Shown in pieces: positions 58,882-64,000 of a stretch of DNA of 64,000 nt. A program made the position numbers and the translations under genes. The stretch covers positions 8,361-72,360 of the forward strand of contig JANXPB010000147.1 of assembly GCA_025357545.1 (NCBI GenBank), given 5' to 3'. This DNA is from Holophagaceae bacterium. GTDB taxonomy: Bacteria > Acidobacteriota > Holophagae > Holophagales > Holophagaceae. The stretch's first letter is position 1. Each line of letters starts with the position of its first letter. Below the pieces are notes generated by a model. It saw only the letters and a program-made list of their open reading frames with translations. It searched no databases and had not been told where the DNA came from.

Positions 58882-59661
58882 ATGCGTTCCCTGCTCCGCG
58901 ACTTTCTGCTTCTGGCCTGCCTGGTGCTCGGTCCACCCACCCAGGTGCAGGCCCAAGGCGTGCGCATCGCCGCCGCTTCGGACCTGAGATGGGCCCTGGA
59001 GGAGCTCAAGGCCGGGTTCCTGAAGGAACACTCTGGAATGCCCGTGGCGATCACCTACGGTTCGTCTGGGAATTTCCATACCCAGCTCACCCAGAAGGCC
59101 CCCTTCGACCTTTTTCTGTCCGCAGACGTGGCCTACCCGCGGGAGCTCGCGGCGCAGGGATTTGGCGTGAAGAAATCCCTCTTCGTGTATGGCACTGGCC
59201 GGATCGTGCTCTGGGTGCCCCGGGCCTCGCCCATTGCCGTGGAAGCGCTCGGGTATGGCGCCCTGCTGGCCCCGGCGGTGAAGAAAATCGCCCTCGCCAA
59301 TCCCCGGCATGCGCCCTATGGCCGCGCTGCGGAAGCGGCCCTGCGGAAGGCGGGCCTCCTGGACCGCGTGCAGGCGCGGCTGGTGCTCGGCGAGAACATC
59401 TCCCAGGCCGCGCAGTTCGTGGAATCCGGCGCGGCGGACATCGGCTTCATCGCCCAATCCCTGGTGGTGGCAGGTCCGCTCAAGGACAAGGGCCGCTGGT
59501 GGCTGGTGCCCGAGCGGGACCATCCTGCCATCGAACAAGGGGGCGTAATCCTGTCCTGGGCCCAGGATCCGGTCGCCGCGGCGGCGTTCCGGGACTACCT
59601 GCTGGGGGGCAAGGGCACCGCCATCCTGAAAACGTATGGCTTCATCCGGCGAGAACCCTGA
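58882..59661 (+). CDS. modA: Molybdate ABC transporter substrate-binding protein
   Basis: Signal MRSLLRDFLLLACLVLG. AAASDLRWAL...ITYGSSGNFHTQL...DLFLSAD is ModA-typical. Alternative start at 58819. Confidence 0.88.
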   Translation: MRSLLRDFLLLACLVLGPPTQVQAQGVRIAAASDLRWALEELKAGFLKEHSGMPVAITYGSSGNFHTQLTQKAPFDLFLSADVAYPRELAAQGFGVKKSLFVYGTGRIVLWVPRASPIAVEALGYGALLAPAVKKIALANPRHAPYGRAAEAALRKAGLLDRVQARLVLGENISQAAQFVESGAADIGFIAQSLVVAGPLKDKGRWWLVPERDHPAIEQGGVILSWAQDPVAAAAFRDYLLGGKGTAILKTYGFIRREP

Positions 59662-59677
59662 TGGCTAAACTGCAGCC

Positions 59678-60343
59678 GTGATGGATTGGACCGCGCTGGC
59701 CCTGAGCCTGAAGCTCGCCTTCTGCACCACCTTGGTGCTGGTGCTGGTAGGCATGCCGCTGGCGGCGTGGCTGGCCTTTTCCCGCCGTCGCTGGAAGCCC
59801 CTGGTGGAAGCTCTGGTGGCGCTGCCCATCGTGCTGCCGCCCACCGTGCTTGGCTTCTACGTGCTCATGGCCCTGGGCCCCGCCAGCCCACTTGGCGCGC
59901 TGTGCGAGCGGTTCTTTGGCCACCGCCTGCCCTTCACCTTCCTGGGGCTGCTCATCGCCTCGGTGCTCTACAGCCTGCCCTTCGCAGTGCAGCCTTTCAG
60001 CGCGGCCTTCGCCTCCGTGGACCCACGCCTGCTGGAGGCCTCCGCCTGTTCCGGGGCCGGGCCGCTGAAGGCCTTCTTCCGGCTCATCCTGCCCCTCTCC
60101 TGGGCGGGGGTGCTCACGGGCTTAGTGCTGAGCTTCGCCCATACGCTGGGGGAATTCGGCGTGGTGCTGATGGTGGGCGGCAATGTCCCCGGCGCCACCC
60201 GCACGGCCTCCATCGCCATCTACGACCAGGTGCAGTCCCTCGACTACGCCGCCGCCGGACGCACCTCCGCTCTGCTGGTGGGCGTCTCCTTCGCCGCGTT
60301 GGTGCTGACCTACAGCCTGCGCAAAGTCAGGCTCTTTCCATGA
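59678..60343 (+). CDS. modB: Molybdate ABC transporter permease
   Basis: 221 aa with 5 TM segments. EAA-like loop and LGEFGVVLMVGGNVPG, typical of ModB. Confidence 0.9.
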   Translation: MMDWTALALSLKLAFCTTLVLVLVGMPLAAWLAFSRRRWKPLVEALVALPIVLPPTVLGFYVLMALGPASPLGALCERFFGHRLPFTFLGLLIASVLYSLPFAVQPFSAAFASVDPRLLEASACSGAGPLKAFFRLILPLSWAGVLTGLVLSFAHTLGEFGVVLMVGGNVPGATRTASIAIYDQVQSLDYAAAGRTSALLVGVSFAALVLTYSLRKVRLFP

Positions 60344-61434
60344 GCCGCGGCATGCAGTGCGATTTTGTGCGACGCTTCGCCGAGGGACCCTCCATCCGCG
60401 CGGCCTTCAGCTTGCCCACCGAGGCCGCCAGCGTCACGGTGCTGTTCGGGCCGTCGGGCTCCGGCAAGACCACGGTGCTGCGCTGCCTCGCGGGGCTCGA
60501 CCGGCCCGACCAGGGCTTTCTCCGCATGGAGGGCGAAGTCTGGTGTGATGCGGCTTCCGAGCTCCACCTGCCACCCCAGAAGCGGTCGCTGGGCTTCGTC
60601 TTCCAGGATGGCGCCCTGTTCCCCCACCTCAGCGCCGCGGGCAACCTGGCCTATCCCTTGACGGGGCTGCCGCAGGCCGAGCGCCACCGCCTCGTGCAGG
60701 CCATGGTGGAGCTCTTGGGCCTCGGCGGCCTGGAGCGCCGCCGCCCCGGCGAACTTTCCGGCGGCCAGCAGCAGCGGGTGGCCCTGGGCCGCGCGCTCAT
60801 CCGGCGGCCTCGGCTGGTGCTCATGGACGAGCCCCTCACAGCGCTGGACCGCCCCGCGCGGGAGGCCCTGCGGAACGACCTCAGTCGCGTATTCCGGGAG
60901 CTGGCCATCCCGGTGCTGTTGGTGACCCATGACCGGGACGAAGCCCTCCAGTTGGGGGACCGGATGCTCATGATGCAGGATGGCGAGATCCAGCAGGACG
61001 GCCCGCCCGCCGAAGTCTTCACCCGGCCGCGGACGCCCGCGCTTGCTGAGGCCCTGGGCATCGGCACCGTGGTGAAGGCCCGGGTGCTGGGCAGCGAGGG
61101 CGGCCTTGTGCGGCTATTGGCAGGCACGGCGGAGCTGCTCGCCCCTCACGAAGGCCCCCTCGGGGAATGGGTCCACGCCTGCATCCGCGGCGAGGGCGTC
61201 GCCGTGGAGCGGGAGCTTGATGCCCACGCCGACGCCTCCCCCCGCAACCGCCTGCGCGCGACCATCACCGGGCTGGAGCCCAAGGGCCCACTGGTGCGCC
61301 TGCACCTGGACTGCGGCTTCCCTCTGGAGGCCCTCGTCACCACCTGGGCCTGCGAGGATCTCGCCCTGAAAGCAGGCGATACCGTCCTCGCCATGATCAA
61401 GGCCACGGCGATCCATCTCATTCCGGTGATGTAG
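60340..61434 (+). CDS. modC: Molybdate ABC transporter ATP-binding protein with C-terminal TOBE/Mop domain
   Basis: ATGA overlap with modB. GPSGSGKTT, LSGGQQQRVALGRAL, LMDEP, and a C-terminal TOBE-like tail. The 582-aa ORF from 59686 is an upstream extension in the same reading frame, running through modB in a different frame from modB. Confidence 0.92.
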   Translation: MSRGMQCDFVRRFAEGPSIRAAFSLPTEAASVTVLFGPSGSGKTTVLRCLAGLDRPDQGFLRMEGEVWCDAASELHLPPQKRSLGFVFQDGALFPHLSAAGNLAYPLTGLPQAERHRLVQAMVELLGLGGLERRRPGELSGGQQQRVALGRALIRRPRLVLMDEPLTALDRPAREALRNDLSRVFRELAIPVLLVTHDRDEALQLGDRMLMMQDGEIQQDGPPAEVFTRPRTPALAEALGIGTVVKARVLGSEGGLVRLLAGTAELLAPHEGPLGEWVHACIRGEGVAVERELDAHADASPRNRLRATITGLEPKGPLVRLHLDCGFPLEALVTTWACEDLALKAGDTVLAMIKATAIHLIPVM

Positions 61435-61536
61435 GTCGATGTTCAGAGGCCGAGCTCAACATTCTTCGTTAGGTGGGCGGCCTACGGCGGATCATGTCCA
61501 GCAGCCCACAGGCAGCCACACGGCACCTTCGATTTC

Positions 61537-62700
61537 ATGAGCATGGAAAACGATCCGATGCAGATCACACCCTTCACCATCCATGTTCCCGATGAAGTGT
61601 TATCCGACCTCAGGACGCGCATCCAGAACACGCGCTGGCCTGATCCGGCGCCCGGCACTGCGTGGGCGCAGGGGACCGATCTCGTGTACCTGAAGCGCTT
61701 GTTTGGCTACTGGGCCGTTGAATTTGATTGGCGGGTGCAGGAGCGCCGGCTCAACACGTTCAAGCACTTTCGCGCTGAGCTGGGCGGAATCCACATTCAT
61801 TTCGTCCACGAACGAGCTCGGGAGGGAAATGGCATTCCTCTGATCCTGACCCATGGTTGGCCCAGCTCCTTTCTCGAACTCCTGCCGCTGGTGCCCCTCC
61901 TGACCAACCCGAAAGCCCACGGTATCGACGGACCGGCCTTCGACCTCGTCATTCCATCCCTGCCGGGGTATGGCTTTTCGGAACGACCGGCCGAGGCAAC
62001 CTACCGCACCGTCGCCCGGCTGTGGCATGAGCTCATGCGCGGACTCGGCTATGAGCGCTATGGAGCTGGCGGCGGCGATTTCGGCGCGGGTGTCGCCACC
62101 TACATGGCCCTTGAGAACCCGGCGCCCATGATCGGCATCCATCTGACGACGATGGAACTCTGGCCGCCAACGGGTGAAGGGACGCGGCCGTTGACCGAGG
62201 TCGAAAGCAAGTATGTCGCCCAGGTGCGTCAATGGGATGAGGTGGAGCGGGGCTATTCCGCGATCCAGTCGACGAGGCCCCAAACACTCGGCTATGCGCT
62301 GAACGATTCGCCCGCCGGGCTCGCGGCTTGGATTCTTGAAAAGTGGCGCGCGTGGAGCGACTCCGGCGGCGATCTCGAAGCGCACTTTTCGGAGGAGTTT
62401 CTCCTGACGCTGCTCACGCTCTACTGGGCCACGGAGACCATCACCCCTTCGATGCGCGATTATTTCGACAACCGGTGGCATGGGGCGGACCTTCCACCCG
62501 GCGTCCGCGTGCAGGCGCCCGCGGGATTTGCGAACTTCGACCACAACTTTGTGTCGGAAGGCAGCCCGCCGAAGGAATGGGCGGAGCGGCTGTACGACAT
62601 TCGCCGGTGGACCTCAATGCCGACCGGCGGGCACTTTGGCGCCGCAGAGGAGCCAGAGCGCCTCGCGCGCGACATCGCAGCCTTCTTCGCGGAGATTTGA
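61537..62700 (+). CDS. Epoxide hydrolase (alpha/beta hydrolase with EHN N-terminal domain)
   Basis: PFTIHVPDEVLSDLRTRIQNTRWPD, LILTHGWPSSF (HGWP oxyanion motif), GGDFGA nucleophile elbow, and C-terminal GGHFGA. Confidence 0.88.
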   Translation: MSMENDPMQITPFTIHVPDEVLSDLRTRIQNTRWPDPAPGTAWAQGTDLVYLKRLFGYWAVEFDWRVQERRLNTFKHFRAELGGIHIHFVHERAREGNGIPLILTHGWPSSFLELLPLVPLLTNPKAHGIDGPAFDLVIPSLPGYGFSERPAEATYRTVARLWHELMRGLGYERYGAGGGDFGAGVATYMALENPAPMIGIHLTTMELWPPTGEGTRPLTEVESKYVAQVRQWDEVERGYSAIQSTRPQTLGYALNDSPAGLAAWILEKWRAWSDSGGDLEAHFSEEFLLTLLTLYWATETITPSMRDYFDNRWHGADLPPGVRVQAPAGFANFDHNFVSEGSPPKEWAERLYDIRRWTSMPTGGHFGAAEEPERLARDIAAFFAEI

Positions 62701-62715
62701 TTTCGCGCAGACAAA

Positions 62716-62827
62716 CTCTGGAAGCCCTCGCCACCATCCGGGCCCGCCAAGATCTGGCACTGAAAGAAGGCGAGCCGTTCTCGCATTGGTCGAGGCCAGG
62801 GCGATTCACCTCATTCTGGTGCTGTAG
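62716..62827 (+). pseudogene. Frameshifted remnant of a modC-like 3' end (TOBE domain tail)
   Basis: Manual alignment to 61324-61434: 89 of 111 columns identical (~80%), one 1-nt deletion, shared stop position. Translation LEALATIRARQDLALKEGE / VLALVEARAIHLILVL versus modC LEALVTTWACEDLALKAGDTVLAMIKATAIHLIPVM. Confidence 0.8.
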
Positions 62828-62883
62828 GCAAGCTCTCCGCAACTAGGGTCATAATCCGGAGCTAGCTCTCATCGTGAGGCCCC

Positions 62884-63927
62884 ATGTCGTTCGCAATTCC
62901 AAATTTCACAAAGAACAGTATTAATCGTGCCGGCAAAGTTTTAATTGATCCACACGCGTTGCCAGCGGCCCGGGCAGAGGCTTTAGCTGTGATCACTCAT
63001 TGGCGTTCTTGCCACGCCTACCCCGTGAACACATTCCAAGCAACTTTGCGAGGCCGGGTAAAAAAGATTTGCGATACTGCGCTGGTTGCACAGCGCCTAA
63101 AGCGAATCCCATCCATGGAGAAAAAGCTCCAAATTAATCACGGGATGCAGCTTGTTCGGATGCAGGATATTGGTGGTTTGAGAGCCGTCGTGGATTCAGT
63201 CTCTCAAGTACGCAAACTTCAGGCCATGTACACTGATGGATCGCTCACCCATGAATTAATTGACACCGATGACTATATCGAAATACCGAAAGGTTCTGGC
63301 TACAGAAGCCTGCACCTGATCTATAAATACAAGAATCCGATCGAGTCGCCATATGACGGTCTTCACCTCGAACTTCAGATTAGAACGCGGCTTCAACATG
63401 CGTGGGCTACTGCCGTAGAAATCATTGGGACCTTTTTAAACCAAGCCCTGAAGTCCAGTGAGGGAGCAACAGAATGGCTCTATTACTTCAAGGTGGTCAG
63501 TGCTGCCTTCGCCTTGGTAGAGAAAACCACCACATCGAAGGAATTCACCGATTGGACACCAGCCCGAATAGCACAGACATGCATTGGGCTCGAGAAGGAT
63601 CTTGATGTTCGACGCAAACTCCAGGCATTTGCAGTTACTGCAAATGCCATCACCTCAAGCAAAGTTGCCGGAAGTTATCATTTGATTGTGCTGAACCCCG
63701 TCGCTCGAACGGTTTCCGTCCAATCCTATGGCAAACGGAGATTGGTAGAGGCCAACGAAGCCTATGCAAAAGCTGAACTATCAGCTTCAACTATTGGTGA
63801 GGACATTCAGACCGTTTTAGTGGCAACAGATACGGTGGAGTCGCTCCGAAGGGCATACCCTAACTATTTCTTGGACACGAGGCAGTTCATTGCTGCCCTC
63901 AACAGAATTCAAAAATTGGCTGAATGA
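62884..63927 (+). CDS. RelA/SpoT-synthetase-domain protein with C-terminal extension (toxSAS / CapRel-like candidate)
   Basis: Synthetase motifs RLKRIPSMEKK, DIGGLRAVV, GYRSLHLIY, ELQIRTRLQHAWA. No hydrolase domain. ~130-aa C-terminal region with YPNY (63856-63867). G+C is visibly lower than the flanks (hand counts of 42% and 55% on two lines). Confidence 0.85.
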   Translation: MSFAIPNFTKNSINRAGKVLIDPHALPAARAEALAVITHWRSCHAYPVNTFQATLRGRVKKICDTALVAQRLKRIPSMEKKLQINHGMQLVRMQDIGGLRAVVDSVSQVRKLQAMYTDGSLTHELIDTDDYIEIPKGSGYRSLHLIYKYKNPIESPYDGLHLELQIRTRLQHAWATAVEIIGTFLNQALKSSEGATEWLYYFKVVSAAFALVEKTTTSKEFTDWTPARIAQTCIGLEKDLDVRRKLQAFAVTANAITSSKVAGSYHLIVLNPVARTVSVQSYGKRRLVEANEAYAKAELSASTIGEDIQTVLVATDTVESLRRAYPNYFLDTRQFIAALNRIQKLAE

Positions 63928-64000
63928 AGAATATGGCCTCATCTCCTTCAGACCCAACAATTCGTTTAACCAAAAGGTGGCGTTAGGTTGTCGTCTACTT

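Noticed and set aside
59686-60339. Upstream 218 aa of the 582-aa ORF that ends as modC
   Set aside because: It overlaps modB in another frame. ModC starts at the ATG at 60340, overlapping the modB stop, with the Walker A motif at the expected distance.
61435-61536. Imperfect inverted repeat (GATGTTCAGAGG...CTCAACATTC) after modC as a terminator or att site
   Set aside because: The stem is interrupted and short, no U-tract follows, and no matching repeat is found at the other end of the hydrolase segment.

Overview
GC-rich (>60% G+C by eye) bacterial chromosomal window, almost fully coding and mostly housekeeping. It covers the classical origin-proximal neighbourhood: rpmH-rnpA-yidC-jag-mnmE-gatB on the + strand, diverging from dnaA-dnaN-gyrB-gyrA on the - strand. 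Other core content: lipA, purB, glyA, ribD, ftsY, lon, nrdR, modABC, a complete xanthine-dehydrogenase-family molybdoenzyme cluster with XdhC/MocA maturation genes, and several hybrid histidine kinases. Taxon cannot be set from sequence alone; gene content fits a GC-rich Gram-negative such as Acidobacteriota (a guess). Best candidates for something new: (1) 4007-6121, a compact RiPP-type cluster. It encodes a Sec-signal-bearing, Lys/Asp-rich peptide with 8 Cys in repeated (D/H)(G)KCGK motifs, then a hairpin, a DUF692 multinuclear non-heme iron oxidase (MNIO) and a DUF2063 partner. This is the architecture of methanobactin/bufferin/Haemophilus Hvf-type copper-binding peptides, with an uncharacterised precursor class. 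(2) 62884-63927, a visibly low-GC gene at the right edge encoding a RelA/SpoT-synthetase protein with all catalytic motifs plus a C-terminal extension carrying a YxxY motif, resembling fused CapRel-type toxSAS anti-phage toxin-antitoxins. (3) Two recombination scars: an ~80% identical, frameshifted copy of the last ~111 nt of modC lying just after the adjacent epoxide hydrolase gene, and a C-terminal remnant of an M28 peptidase truncated by a lipoprotein/GGCT module. Further oddities: a 1333-aa protein joining a periplasmic beta-propeller/Y_Y_Y sensor and GAF domain to a C-terminal Ser/Thr kinase; a ThiS-like sulfur carrier translationally coupled to a transsulfuration-family PLP enzyme; a perfect 24-bp-stem hairpin; a 14-nt palindrome present twice in intergenic DNA; and short AT-rich rare-codon patches inside conserved genes. 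No rRNA, tRNA, CRISPR array or transposase was recognised. Many long ORFs in the track are alternate-frame artefacts of high GC content.
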